Source: an uncultured Planctomycetales bacterium
Lineage (GTDB): Bacteria > Omnitrophota > Gorgyraeia > Zapsychrales > Fredricksoniimonadaceae
Assembly: GCA_964572155.1 (NCBI GenBank)
Contig: CAZNDZ010000001.1
Span: 143,300-207,299 of the forward strand
Length of the DNA stretch: 64,000 bases
Reading direction: 5' to 3'
Part shown: positions 41,601-56,600 of the stretch, in pieces
Layout: the number at the start of each line of letters is the position of its first letter
How positions within the stretch are numbered: the first letter of the stretch is position 1
Made by a program: the position numbers and the translations under genes
Notes under the pieces: model-generated
What the model was told of the DNA's origin: nothing
Database searches by the model: none
What the model saw: only the letters and a program-made list of their open reading frames with translations

Positions 41601-44600
41601 TTGCTTGATCAATGAATTGTTATCGGCGGTATAAATGGAACCTACAACAACTGGGTCGATGTTAAGTGCGGCCTTAAACAAATTCATCTTGATCGTTGGG
41701 TTTGGATTTTCCATGGCCTTAGCTAATAAATTCAACATGCTTGGGGCAATGCGTTCTTGTGCCAATGTTTCTGAGGCGGCTAATCTAGCATTCATGGATT
41801 TGGAGCCATCTAATAAGATCTCAAAGGCATTGATGACATCTTCGGAGGCTGGATTACGTATATCTTGCAAAGCTAAGGCAATATCTTTTTCACCCTTCGC
41901 CCATGCTGCACGGATGGCTGCATCTAATTGCGCGTTAACAAAAGCGGTCTTGGGTAAAATATTGCGCAACGTCTTAATGCGTCCCATGACTTCGCGATAT
42001 GTCGATACGTCGGTGATGCTCCCTAAATGTAAGTCTCTGGCATTATTCACAAGCGTAGGGATTGCTGATGAGATCATACCTGATCCAGCAGCGGCATTGG
42101 CTATGGCTTCTTCTGCAGCCCGGCGGATGATGACATTGGCATCACCGGCATATTTGCCAATCACGGCTTGTGCATTGGTGTCTAACATAGAATTTAGCAA
42201 ATCAATGAGCACAACCATCGTCTCAGGATTATCTTTGAAGCGATCCATGGCCCCTTGCACTGCAGGTAATAACTTATCGTTGATCCCTTGGTATAAACGT
42301 GGCTTTAAATTAATTTGTTTAGCGGCGATCGCATAGGTCTTGATGCTCTCTGGATCCATTTCATTCTTGAAGCGTTCAACCAAGACTTCAACAGGGATGA
42401 TCACATTATTTTTTGTTGCGAGCAACAAGGCGCCAAATTCGCGTTCATGATTTTGGTTGGTGCTTAAATTGATCAAACGTTGCAATTGATCGCCAGATGC
42501 TGCGGCATTGTCCTTGGCAAATTGTGCATACCCTGTTTCTAATGCTTTTAAACGTGCTTCTAAAATTGGAGCGGCTGCTTGTAACGTTACATCTTTGCCT
42601 GCAGGGATGATGTTGAGCTTCTTTTTGATCTCAGCGATCAATCGTTCCACGTTCTTTGGATCTTTGCTCATGACCTTCTCTAATAACAGTAAATATTGGC
42701 GTGCCAATTGATCTGGGCCCTTAGCCACAATAGCTTTTTCAACTTCATTTTCAATCCTGCTTAAAGAATAATTGGAGCGATTGATTAAATAGGCTAAGGC
42801 GTCGATGATATGTTCTCTATAACCATCCCATATGCCTTGTTGAATGCTATTTTCTGAAGACTTGATTGAAAGCATCAGATCAAATAATGGGTCGATGGCG
42901 GTTTCATTTTCTAAAGCCTTCGCGGCTGTTGCTGCTGTTAAATATAATAACCATTCATCGTCTTTAACATTGCCACGATTAGCCTGTAAAACCTTGGTGA
43001 TGAAATCATGCAAACGCTTATCGCTGCTTAAACCCGCACCAGCAATGGCTGCTAAACGCACGCGGTTATTTGGACTATTTAACCCAAGCTGCTCAACCAT
43101 ATCAAAACCACGGAAATTATTCTTAATACCATCTTGTGATTGAACCAACCGGGCCCAGGTTTCAATGCCTAAGATCTGATTGTGTTCTACTTCTCGCGGT
43201 AAATTCTCAGCGATGCGGTTGATAATGTCAGCAATGGTTGGATTCCCAAAGGCATTGCCATTTAAGAAATAACTTAAAACTTGATTACCCTTGTTCGATT
43301 TATCCGCGACTAAAACCTTGGATGCCAAAATCAAATGTTGATATGCACGTGCACGTAAAACTGCTGGGTCATCACGCAAACGCCAGAATTCATCATAACC
43401 ACGTTCTAGAACACCAAATATTGTTTCTGTAGACAAAACTTCGAATGACTTCGCCTTCGAAACCAAATCAACAATCCCAGACCCTGTTCCATACGAAACT
43501 GGCTTAGTTGCAACGGGGCCTACAAAATAGGTACTTTGATAAGCCACTTTAATGGTCTCTGGTGTTACAACGCCTCTATCATTAAGGCGTTTTAACGCAT
43601 CCGCTTTTTGTGTATTTGTGCTGTTAGTATTTATGAGCACTTGAACGTCACTATCTAGATTTTGCTTTGTTGCTTGGCGCGTTTGTTGTGTTACAAAAGA
43701 TGCGCCGCCGCGTTGTGCATACGTGTTGGTTGATACTAACGCTGTCATTGCTCCAACTAAGATGGCTGCAGCAATAAATGATGTGAAGTTACCTGCCCCG
43801 TCAGTAAAGTCTTTCACGATATCATGGGCTTGATCGTCACCAACAATGCTTCTTAATTCAACAAGTAAGTCGCGCTTGATTTGTTCGATGGCGTCATTGG
43901 CTTTATTAAAATCTACCTGTGCGCCTTGGACGGGTTGTTTGCTTACGTCTGACAAGATCAAATAGGCTTGGGCAATGATTAATGCACGTAATTGAACTGC
44001 ATACGGTGCATCAAACTGGGTTGGTGCAAAATATTGCCCTTCGAGGATGGTTGCTTTCAAGCCACGGCTTAAAACGAATAGGTCTTCAAAGGTAACATCT
44101 TGATTATTTAAAAAGTCATTGATCAGTTTTTCTGGTGAGCCAATGTGTTCTAAAATAAACGCATTTATTTCATCTCCACCTTGCAAGCCATTGACACTTG
44201 CAATCTCTTGTCCAAGCTTTTTAAGCAAAACTTCAAACGCAGCGGCATTAAATGACACATAATTTGGTAAAAGCGTTTTCTTGGCAACATCAATAAAACC
44301 GTCGGACAAGGCATTAACACGCGCAACCAAGGTGTTTGGCTTGCGACCAAAGTAAAAAGCACGAATGGCATCATAAATTTCTTGGAAGCGCAACGGTTCA
44401 ACAACTGGCTCATCAAATGCTTGATCGAACAGAGATTCAAAAGTCTCGACGACTGGTTCTGGCGCAACCGTTGGTTCGTCCATCAACTTACGAACATCTA
44501 ACAATTGTTCTAACGTTTCTAGCCATTCTGCTTCAACAGTAAATCCAAGCGTATTGTTTGAAATAAACTCAAGGTAGCCTTCCAAGACAGCCGTTGGTTC

Positions 44601-47600
44601 TCTTAAGAAGAATTCTTTTTCGGCATTACGTGCGTCTGCTTCGTTGCCGCCAAACACGTGTGTTAACTCATGCACTAAAACAATTCTCAAGAAGCTTTCA
44701 AACGTATCTAAAGCATCAAACACCTTCACATCAATGAACATTGCCTGATCGCGTACTTCGCCGACATAAGGATTGTTTGAAACAATACGTAAGTTATTCA
44801 AAATATTTTGTAAATCTTCGTTAGAAACATCCCTCACACTTTCAATAGCAGCTCTAACATATGCTCTGCCTGCATCTTCTAATGGATATTCTTCTTGGGC
44901 GCCTTCGATGCTGAAACGACCTGGGTATGGGTTGACTGACTTAATCGCTGCAATCTTGAGGCGTAACGCTGTGATCCTCCCTCGGATCTTCATGCGCTTT
45001 TCACTGCTTAATTCTTGTCGATTCATGACAGTTTCTACAAGAATAAGTGTTAACTTATTGCTAAGCGTTGATACAGCTTTTGTGTCTGATTTAGCATCAA
45101 GCAACTTCGTCTCAATACTATCTAACGCATGGGCTATCTTTTCTTCTAATGTTGCGCCTTCCTCTGGAGGCAATGTTGGTCCCCAACCCGTCGATATTTC
45201 CCAGTTCGGATTGGTGTCTTTAAACTCAACTTCTTCTTTATTGCCCCTATATTTTCTAACACCAAGAATTGTTATCAAGATGGCTAAGGCTGCAGCGATG
45301 ATTTCTAAATATAAAATTAATACAAAATGAATGTCATTTTCAAGTTTCTCACCCTTGATATGTGCGCTATCTACCAGAGCGCGCAATTCTAATTCTCGTT
45401 TCACTGATGGCTCAACGACTTGGACGGGCTGTGGTGTTTCTTCTTTTACTGCTGGGATGACAATTCTTTCTTTGACTGGTACGCGGACAATTTGATTGGG
45501 ATGAATGATATTTGGATCTTTGAAATCCCCTCGGATATCCGTATATTTAGCCACATTGAATCGAGCCGCAATCTTGCTTAATGAATCGCCTGGGCGGACC
45601 GTATAATCAATATAGGTGGTGCGTTCAAAGAAGCGTGTTTCTTGAGCATATGCGGGTGTTACAAAGAAGTTCGCCGCGATGGCAAAGACGCTAATCGCCA
45701 ATAATCCAACCATTGTCGTTAATGTTGCTTTGCCGGATTGTTTTGGATCATTGTTTAAAGCAGCTCTTTTCTTGGCTAATTCTGCTCTTAATTTATCTTT
45801 AAGGTAATCTTTATATTCTTGGCCTAGATCTGGATCTAAAGAAGCTGCTGCTTGTGCTTGTGCTATTTCTGCTTTCAATAATTCTGTATCTGCGGCAACG
45901 ACCCTGGCTTCATCATTAATTTTTTGGACAGTGACATCTGTATCATTACGGCTAGCAACAATTGCTTCTGCTCGCTCTGTCGCTTTTTCATCTGTTGCTT
46001 TTTCTTCAGCATCAAGATTTGCGCGTTGTTGTGTTTGCTTGCTTTGTGCTTTCATTCCTTCTAAAATGGCATGATTATTGTCTAATAACGCTTGCGCAAC
46101 TTGTCCTTCTTTTACTACTAATGCAACTTCTTCATCTGCTTGGTTTCGAATGGAGCCTAGCTTTACCTCAGTTTCATTCCTCGCAGCCACAATTGTTTCT
46201 GCTAACGCAGGTGCTTCTTGATGTGTTCTATCGACGATCGCTCGTGCGACTATTCCTGCCACTTGAACATCTCTTTCTTTTTCAATATCTGCAGGTTTTA
46301 CTAAAGAAAGTGTCAACATCAAAGGTTGGAATAAGTTAATTGGTTCTTGAGGGGCTGCTAAAAGTAGTGGGGCTCTTACTTTATTTGCTTGAGGAGCATC
46401 ATTTGTTGGCTGTGTTTCTGTCTTAGCTGCTGGCGCCACATCCAACATCATTTGTTTGCGTAATTGCTCAATCGCATCTTGTATACCTTGAATCATGTCC
46501 ATCGTTACGACTTGCGGTTGAACTGGAGCTTCAACGGGTTGTGACACCGCGACGGGTGGTGCGCGTGGAGCCACTTGTTCTGCGACAGGTGCCGCAACTA
46601 CAACAGGCGCAGGTTGTGCGACAGGTAAACGTACAGCAATTGGTTTACTAAATAATGTGTTTCTAAGTGAAATCCCTGTCGTTACAACAGTAGTTGGTAT
46701 CACAGGCGCTGTTGGTGCTTCTGCTTCAACAGATGCTTGAGGCACAGGTGCTACAGGTGCAGCTGGCTTTTTAGATTCTTCTGCTTGCACACTTGCTCTA
46801 ATCCTTGCGTCAATAGCTGCTAACCTCGCCGCTATCTCAGCGCTTCTATCTTGCTTCACTACAGGATGCACGACTGTTGCTGCAACTGCAGGAACAACGA
46901 CGATAGGCGCTACATCAACATTAGGTGCTTGAACTACAGGAACAACTGCACTCGACACAATAGGTGCTGATATAAATGGAATTGGTTTACTAAAGAATTG
47001 ATCTCTTCTCGTAAGCTTTGGCGCAACAACTGGTGCTGCTGGAGCTAAATCAACTGGAACAAACGCTTCTGTCAGATCAAAATCTAAATCAAGTTCACTT
47101 ACCTCAGGGCTAATGACGATGCCAGCAAGTTGCTCACGCGCATTTGTGCTTGCCATTAACATGAATGGTCCAACGCTTGCTAAGACATCAGTTACGATTG
47201 GTGCCGCTTCAACAGCATCAAATGCGTTTGGCAAATCTAAGTCTAAATCAAAATCAATATCTAAACTTTCAACTGTTGGTACTATTGGTTGACGATGCAA
47301 TGTAACATATAAGTAATTATTTTCTGACAACAACGCATCTAACTGTGTGCGTGTCGTTGCTGTTACTTGATCTAAATATACTTGTGGATCGATTGGTTCA
47401 GGTTCAAATGCGATTTGTGGTTCTGCTATTTCTAGGTCTATGACATTGCGAAGAGCTTTTACATCCATTGCTACGCTAATTTGCTCAATGATAGCAGCTG
47501 CAATTTTTCTTTGTTGGGCCACGGCAATCGCATAATCTTCATATGACGGAAGAGACAACATTTGTAACATTGCACGATTTTGTGCTCTAATTCTCAATGC

Positions 47601-50600
47601 TCTTCGCGTATTTAATTCACGTTCGATGATTTGCTCTGTTGTTTCATCAAATTCTTGATTTGTTGGCCTTTCTAATGGAGCTACATCCGCTAATGTTATG
47701 CCACTAATCGATGATTTTAAATCATGACCTACTTCCATGAGCATTTGCTTGAGTGGAGCGCGATATGTTACCCAGATCATGCGAATATTTCCTTCAATCG
47801 CAACATGGATCTCAATGCTTCCAAATGAAACAGTTACTTGTTCCCTTGTTATACGAACTTTTGTACCATCAACTTTGTAAACATAGATATTTAACCGCTT
47901 GCCTATCAAATCTAAAATGGCTTTAGCTACTTCTTCTTTATTTTCAACGTTCACATGCTCTACAATTATTTTAAAACCTTCGGCTGTCTTTCTAGCATCA
48001 ATTGTAACTTCACTAGAATCAACATTAGGTAATACATCCTCAACAGCACTCATGATTGCAGCATCTCTTCCATTTCTAAAATTAACAACTGCTCCAACAT
48101 GATTGGCTGCTTGCCCTAAACGATATGACCGATCACCCTTATCTAGTTTCATGGCCATAGGATCTTCGATGCTCAAATATCTTGTGTGTATGTCTTTTAA
48201 GGTTGAAACAAGCTTGCCCCAGATTGATTGTTCAACAGGTTCTACGTTCGTTACTTGATCATTTGCGCCTTCATCAAGCCATGCAAAATCTCCGTCATCT
48301 AAATCATTGTTGCGTGTAACAACTGGGTCACGTTTTGCCGCATCTGTTATTCCTTGCAAATCTTCTGCTAAAGTTACCTGCAATGTTGTTATCGGTGCTG
48401 CTTCAACAGGAGCGTCGACAACTGGATCGACAATAACTTGATCTTCTACCACAGCTGGTGCTTCTGGTTTAGCTGGGGCTGTTTCAACAATACCTAATTT
48501 TGCTTTCGTGTCCGCGCTTAATGGTTGTGCTGGTCCTAAGAATCTGCTTCTGCTCGACGGCTTTGGTGCAGCGGGAGCGGCTGCTTCTACTGGCGTTGAA
48601 TCAGCTTGTGTTGCTCCTGTGGTATTTTGCTTCGCTGCTTTAGCGGCGCGGAATCTTGCTGCGTAATCAACTTTATTGCTTAATAATGGCGTAACTTCGG
48701 CGACAGGTTCTTGAACGTCTTGAACTACAGGCGCACCGGAATTCTTCGCTGCTAATTCTGCGGCCCATTTAGCTGCGTAATTTACTTTGCCTTTATCTGG
48801 GGCTGGGGTAGCTTCCACTTTTTCTGCTGGGGCATCGAACGTCAATAGCAAAGGTGATTGTGAATCTTCTGCGAATCGACGGGTAAATACAACCGTAGGT
48901 TCGCTAATCACAACTTCTTTCACATATTGCAAATAATCTGCTGGTGTGACATTGAGCTTTAAATAGAAATTATTGTCGATGATGACGACTTCTTGGGTCT
49001 TTACTTGAATTCTATAATTTGTGTTGGTCGCTGTTTCAATGATTAAACCTGCGTCGATGATAGCTTGTTCTAATTGTGCGGCTAACCCTTCAGGTCTAAT
49101 GTTAACTGATCCGATGCGCACAAACACACCGTTGTTATTCTTAATCGTTAAGAAATTAAAACGGTTTTCAGTGTTCACAAAGGTTTGGTTAAACACTTGC
49201 CTTAAAATGTTTTGTGCATCTTTGGATAACTTAACAATACTACCCTTTGGCGTTTGAACACCCTTGGCTCTTGGTAATACCGTATTTGTGCGCGATGGTG
49301 TGACATTTACAGGAACGACGAGCGGGATAACATTACTTGGTGTTTCAACAGCAGCTTCCTTCTTTGCTTCAGGTGCTGTTGGTGTTTCTGGAACAAACGT
49401 AGCTTCATTAGCTGCGACTGTCTTGCGACGGAACTTGAATCCTGCTAACCAGGCGATGGCATTGGCAATGGCATTGTTTACAACTGCAAATGTTGGACCA
49501 GCCCTGACAGGCGTGTAAGTAATATTAATGCTCTTAATATTTTCAACAGCAATGTTGATGTGAATGCTGCCAAACGTGATCACGACATCTTTTGCTAACA
49601 CTCGAATGGTTGTGTTATTAAACGTCTTAGCAATAATTTTTAATTGATTGTTAAGCGCAGCATACAAAGCTTTGGTGATTTCATCTTGCTGGGCTTCTGT
49701 TAGTTGATTTGAGCTAATTTGAATCTTCACGAAATTACCCTTATCAGCTGTTTCAATGATCTTGGTTGTGATCTTACCAATTGCAACATTGGGCAACACA
49801 TCGTGAACAAATTTTTGAACGGATTTTAATGTCGTGCGGTTTAACGTAATTGATGAACGCGTTGGTTCACGTATTAAATCTAAGTTGTAAACTGGTGATG
49901 TTTTCTTTAATAAGCCTTTAAAGAAGGTGCTGGTCGCTATCACCGTCTGAATAAAAACAATATAGTAGACGCCCAATAAGACCAAGACTTCCATTGGACC
50001 TGAGAATTTATTAAAGAAGATATCTGCAAGCACTCTGCGCTTACCTGGCTTTGTATGATGATTATATGGATACGTTTCAAACTGTGTGATGTTCCAATCT
50101 AAACGTTCTAATGTCTTTTTGCTAAGCTTCGCTTCTGCGGCAACAACATCTTTTTCAACAGCGGCTAATTTCTTAGCAGCAAAGCCATTTAATTCCAAAT
50201 ACGCCTTGGCATTGGCTAATGATGTTTGAATGGCTTTGTAGTAGTCTTTGATTTGCGTCTGTTCAAATGTGGCTACAGCTTTTGATGCTTCTAATTTCTT
50301 ATCATCTAATTTATTGCTGGCCACATCAGCGACTTTCAAGACCATTGGCAATGGCGCGCGTCCGTATAATCTTGCGTGATGTGACGGATATTGATGGAAA
50401 TATTCTAATCCCTTAACGTGGTCGTTTGCAGGTTCGACAGCTTTACCAGCAACCATCACAAGTTTTTGTAAATCACGATCTGCTCGGCCTAACCCTAAGA
50501 CTTGCTCGACCTTTAATATCATGTCCATCAAACCCCAACCAAAAGCGATTACAGCATTCTTCGCATCAAAAACCCAATCTTTCCATGTGGTCTTGGGGTT

Positions 50601-53600
50601 AAACCAGAATGGTGCAACAACAGCCACAACAGGCATGAAGACAACGGGCGCCCATAAGATGAATTTCCAAGGATGAAGCCCGACGTAGAATAAGATGACC
50701 GCACTCCAGAATGCCCCTTGTTGGATCACATATGAACCATTGATATATGTTAATTTAACATCCTTATCTCTAAAGATATTCCCGCCCTTACCACCCGTAT
50801 TAATAAACTTCCCTAAACGGTTTGATGCTAAAAGCTTAATTGTCTCGTCATATTCCCAAACGCGATATAGATAGAATGTATACATTCTTGGCATAGACAT
50901 TAAAGTTGCCATGATGCCACGTAACCAACCTTTACCAAGGTCGTAGATATTATAGAATGCTAAACCATAGCTGATGGCTTGCGATAAGACCATGCCACCA
51001 ATCCATAATGCCAATGGCACGCCGCTAAATACGTTCCAATCAAACATCAAGATAAACACAACCAACCACTTGAAGTAGCGGTTGATCAAAACTTTCTTAA
51101 AGTAGAAGCCTACCCCGTCTAAAATGAAATTATTAACTAAGAATGTCCAGCTTACATATTTCGATTGAACCAATTCCATGAATGAACGACCAGAGGCAAT
51201 TTCAAGTGAATCGTATGACCATTTGCGCATTGGGTTTCTTGATTCACGGAATTGATATGGCCAACCCTTATCAACTTCGATGGCGCTTGCTCTGCCCGCA
51301 ACATAACCAAACAACATATAGCGAATGACCGTCATGAAATCTTCGGCAACATAAGAATCTGTTAAACCTTCTGAATGACGCAACGCTGCAACGCGTTCGA
51401 ATAATTTACCGTATGCACCAATGCCACCAAAAAGCATCTTGCCTTGTTGTGTATGGAAATAAAACGCATTTTCGCCAACCGGAATGATCTTACCGACAGG
51501 ACCTAAATTACGGGTGATCTCATGGTTAACAACCGGTGTTGTGACCGCTAAACTTTGATTGTAAGCATATTCTAAAACGTGTGAAACAACGCCTTCCATC
51601 CCAACATAGCTAACACGATGATCAGCGTCTAAGTTAAGCAAAACAGAACCCATGATATACGGCATGATCGCTGTCTTCTGATTCCACTTAGCCCCATGAT
51701 AATTCTCAGCCTTCTCAAAATCCGTGCTAAGCCCACCACCAAATAATCTGGCAGGTATAACGCGGTCATTAATAATCAACTCAAATAATTTTTTGTACAT
51801 CTCAGGACTATTCGAGATCTTTAAGAGATCATAGATTTGATCGAAAGCCTTATCTGCTAATTCAATCGGTCTGCTAACAACTTTCCCTTTAGCATCTCTT
51901 TGTAATGTAACTCTGTCTTTTGATGTATTCTCTACTAAGACTCCCTTATTGATTAATGCTTCCAAAATGCTAGGACCATTCTTAATCGCATTGAAATCCA
52001 TTTTAGAAACAGATGTGAAACTAATTTTCAACAAGCGATCAATGTGTTCAATTGTTGCACCTCTGATCACATGTCCTTCTTGATCTACAATTGCAGTCGA
52101 CGCATATTCTGTTTCGATCAAAACATCTACAATCTCACGTAATTTATCTTCTAAAATACTATTTAATTCATGAACTCCCATGAGCAAACGATTGATGACT
52201 CTGAATCTGCTTAAGGCCCATTGGGTTGGATTTGCGACGTCAAACATCTTGCCGTAATACGTATAAAGATCTTTGAGGACTGTTTGATTGCTCTTGGAAT
52301 TCGACCAGACAGTTGGTAATTGTGTATTCGCCCACAAGATAACGGCCTTATACGTTTCGTCAGAAATATTCTGTGGCACATACAATGGGTTATTAAGCAG
52401 CGCCAAGAACTCAGATTGCTCTTCTTTAGAAACCACATTGTAAACCATGGTTACAAAGAGTTCTTTCTTGTACTTAGCCAACATACCTAAACGATGCACA
52501 AGATCGATTGTGCTGTTATCTGCGGCGGCTTTGAGCAATTGATCTTTGACGAAGAAGAAATCTTCACCATAACCGGTGTTAACCACTGTAAATGAAGCTA
52601 CCTCTTCCTTAGTTAATGGTTCTAACCCTTTGTCCATGCGGTATTGATTATTAATGTATTTCATGACGCGCAATAAACCAAATTCACGCATGATAGGTTT
52701 ATGACCCGCCACTAACAATGGTGTGGATAAATCATTGATGAATTGATCAATGGCTGACTTTAACGTCGCTCTGTTTAAGAATGGTGTCACATAATCTACG
52801 TTTGGTCGTGCTAAATGATATCCGCGATCCTTGCTCGTCAATTCTTCAACAACATTGATAAATGACTGCAAGCGTTCTTCGCCGCGGGTCTTGTATGTTG
52901 CATTGCCGTATAAACCTGTGGTTGAATCGGTGAACAAATCAAAAAGCTTTGCTTTGATGGTCTTAATTTTTCTAATGTTATTAACTTCATAAATATTGTT
53001 GCGCCAATTATGACCAAACTCAGCGATGCCCATGGCTAAATAATTAAAGGAATAGAAACTTAACAACCATGTGCTGGCAAATAACAAATATGGGATACCC
53101 TTTAATATCATTTGAACAGCTTCAGGGATCGCCACAATGTACATTTGAATGCCTAAGATCCAATTAACACCAAAACTTGCAGCAATCAAGGCAGCTTGCG
53201 ACCATAAGATAATCTTGTAACCGCGCATCAAGACCTTTAGCTTATGATTATCTAAGTTGCTGTCCTTGCTCTTTACATACTTGACTAATAAAGCTTTAGC
53301 TACCATGCCAACTAAGATGGCGACGATGGTTCCAATCGAGCCAATCATAATGCCGGTTGGCACATCAATGAACTTGGAGATGCTTAAGAAATCTGCCGCT
53401 TTATACGCTAAAGTTGAGAAGTAAATGAATAACCCCGTCACAACCGTTAACAAGGTGATGTTGTTTAACTTGCGTTGAACTTCTTCATGCGTATCTAAAT
53501 ATAAATATGGGCTTTCAAATACACGTTTTGCAAATTGACGTGACGTGGCCAATAATATGGTTGGATTTACAAATAATCTCCAGTGAGACTGACGATTCTT

Positions 53601-56600
53601 AATGCTTTGCACACCATAAATGCTATCTATTAAATTTGCCAATCCTTTGACTGCAAAATTAATCTCATTTAATCGACGGGCAAAGGTTGCATCTTCTTTG
53701 GCGCGTTTTAATTGTTCTACTTCTTGTAATTGATCATTTCCAATTAAGGCTAAGAAGCGATTGACGGCTGCGTCGATCTTGGCTTTTTCTTGATCGTTAG
53801 CGACATGGTTCGTCTCAGGGAAGATTCCTTGCACATATCCAAACACATCGTTGTAAAGTTCTTCATTCAAGATTTGATGTTGATTTACAATCTTGTCGTT
53901 TGGATCACGACCTTTTTCTAACTTTTGTTGAACTTCTGTATTCAAGATGGCTTGGAAGATCTTGGTAAATCTTGAAACATAATCCATGACATCTTTGAGA
54001 GCTTGGGTTCTGGCTGCGCCGCTTAAATTAAGCGCTGGCATGATCTTGGTTTGCCATAACCAATCTTCTGCACGGCCTTGTCCTGTTAAACCAAACATGC
54101 CACGTTGTAAAACAGCCTTCATGAAATATGCTTTTTCGACGGAAATCACTTGCCCCGTTAACAATTTATTAATGTAAGGAGAGCTTTGTGTATGGTTTTC
54201 GATAGGATAAAGGTACAACCCTGAGGCGATATCCATGGCATCGAATTCTAAACGTTCTGGTAATAATTGCGTGTTGCGAATATTGTTTAAGAATGTGCTT
54301 CTTAATAAAACGCGTTGATCATTAAACTTAGCGCTAAATCCAAGATCTTGATCAATTTGATCCACAATCGCTTCAACGCGATTCATATAACCTGCAGATA
54401 CCATCGTTTTCTCGATAATCATCTTTAAGAAAATACCTGCAGCTTGGGATTTTGATACACGACCCACATAGCTTGCTGCTAACTTACCATTAAAGATCGC
54501 TGCCGTATCAATACCCAAATCACGTACCATATTTGTTACACCAATAACGCTTGGGCTCATTGGGTCTACATCACTTAAACGTGCAATCGCAGCAATCACT
54601 TGAGGCATGTTGCTCTTCAATTGTAAGTCTTTCAAGTCTTCATTGGTAAAGACATCTTTACTCTTATAGATATAACGACGATCTGAGGCTAATAAGCGCA
54701 TGGCGCGTGCAAAACGCGCTTGTACATAAATGCGTTTCAATAAACTACCGGACTTCATAACTAAACTTTGTAATTGATTGCTTAACGCAACAACTTGTTC
54801 ATAGTTTGCAAATGCACCATTCAAGCGACGTGCACGAATGATGAATGCGGCTTGAGCTTGAGTAAATCCTAAGCTTTCTAAATCTTTCAACCAGCTGGTG
54901 TTGATATTGAAACGCTTGCCATGCATTGCAAACCAGATCCTCGTACTTAACCATGGCGTGAATGCAACGAATAAGAACACCAGTCCACCAGCAGCCAACA
55001 TTAAATTGACAAAGCCTTCGACAAAGAACGAGGTCATTGTCTTTGGTGACGTACCAAGCTTGCCTTGGAAATCACCTTGCATGGTCATGAAGTTTGGTTG
55101 ATTGATAGGATTATTATCTTTATCTAAGAAGCTAAAACGCAAAGCTTGATTATTCTTTTCTCTTAAGATTTCATTAATGATGTCTTCTTGAGGACCCTTG
55201 AAGATGCGTTTGACCATTCCGATAGCGCTTGTTTCATTTAAGTCGACATCATTTAACACCGTATCATATGGATTCGTATCGACCTTGAAATTATCTTTTT
55301 GGACAATGCGTTTGCCGTTTAAGAATAATCCTATTTCTTTTCCATCGATATATTCATGGGTGAAGCGATCCCACCATGAAGCAACCTTCACGTCTGCTGA
55401 AATCAAGTGATAAACGTTGCCCTCTTTATCTGCATAAAGATAGTTATCAAATGAAGAGTATTGTTTTTCTTGGCCATCTTCGATGGCATTGGTATACAAC
55501 GGATAACCATAGCCGTCAAAGTCGAAGTAGTAGATGCGGCGTTTGCCGTCTTGGTAGCGGCGTTCTTCAAAATATAACCCTGTGCGCAAATCATAGGTGA
55601 TGGCTGAGTTTTCAACCTTAACCATGTTCTCTAATACAATCTTGTACTTAGCAATGTGCGCATTATTTTGATTTGGATCAAAGACGTATTGGGTTTCACG
55701 TAAGTGATTGTTAAAACCACGGATCTTTTTGTTCAAGATCACTTGGCCTGGGGATAAATCGTAAGGCACGTTTGATACCGCGCGTTCCCACCATTTAACA
55801 AAGCTGATTTCACCAGATGGGCCTTCAACAGCTAATGAGCGGTTTAATGGATCATTTGGAACTAAATATGTTTTAATGGCTGCTTTTTCAAAGTGTGCGA
55901 ATTTAGCACCGACAGGCATCAATGGGTATTCAACGATAACGTCGAGCGATGTTTCTGGATTAACATCGAAATATTCTTTCATTTGCTTCTTAAAGCCATT
56001 AAACAATTCACGAGCTTGAATCTTTGAACCATTTTCTTTCATAGGTTCCAATTCTTTGATCGCACCATATGACATGATCTTATAACTGTGAATTGGACTG
56101 CCTTCTGTTCTCCATTGTGTATTGATCTGAACGAATGTTCCTGGGTTCATGACATCTGGATCTTTGCGGATTTGGGCGAAGATAACACGAGCTAACGGAT
56201 CTCCCTTAATACGATAGGCAATTGAATTTAAGCCGTATGGACGTTTTTCAACAGCCATCTCAACCTCAATTTGTCCGTCAATGATGCCTAATTCTTTCGC
56301 AATGTCTTGGATACCATTCTTGAATTCCTGTGAGATGCTAGCTCTTAAAGCATCATTGGAATTTGTATTGTTCAAATATTCTTGAATCCTGCCTTCGACT
56401 TGTGGCAATGGTAAGGTGAAAATCTTGGCGCGAACATTGATTGTTTGATCATTGATCACAAATGAACTACCAACTAAGAACGCTCTAGCTGTGACAATAT
56501 CGCTATCTAAAATATTGCGTAATTGAGCATGGTATTCATTGCCTGCAACACCGCCATCTGGAAGTCTATCAAAACGTCCAAACTCAACACCAGAAATAGC

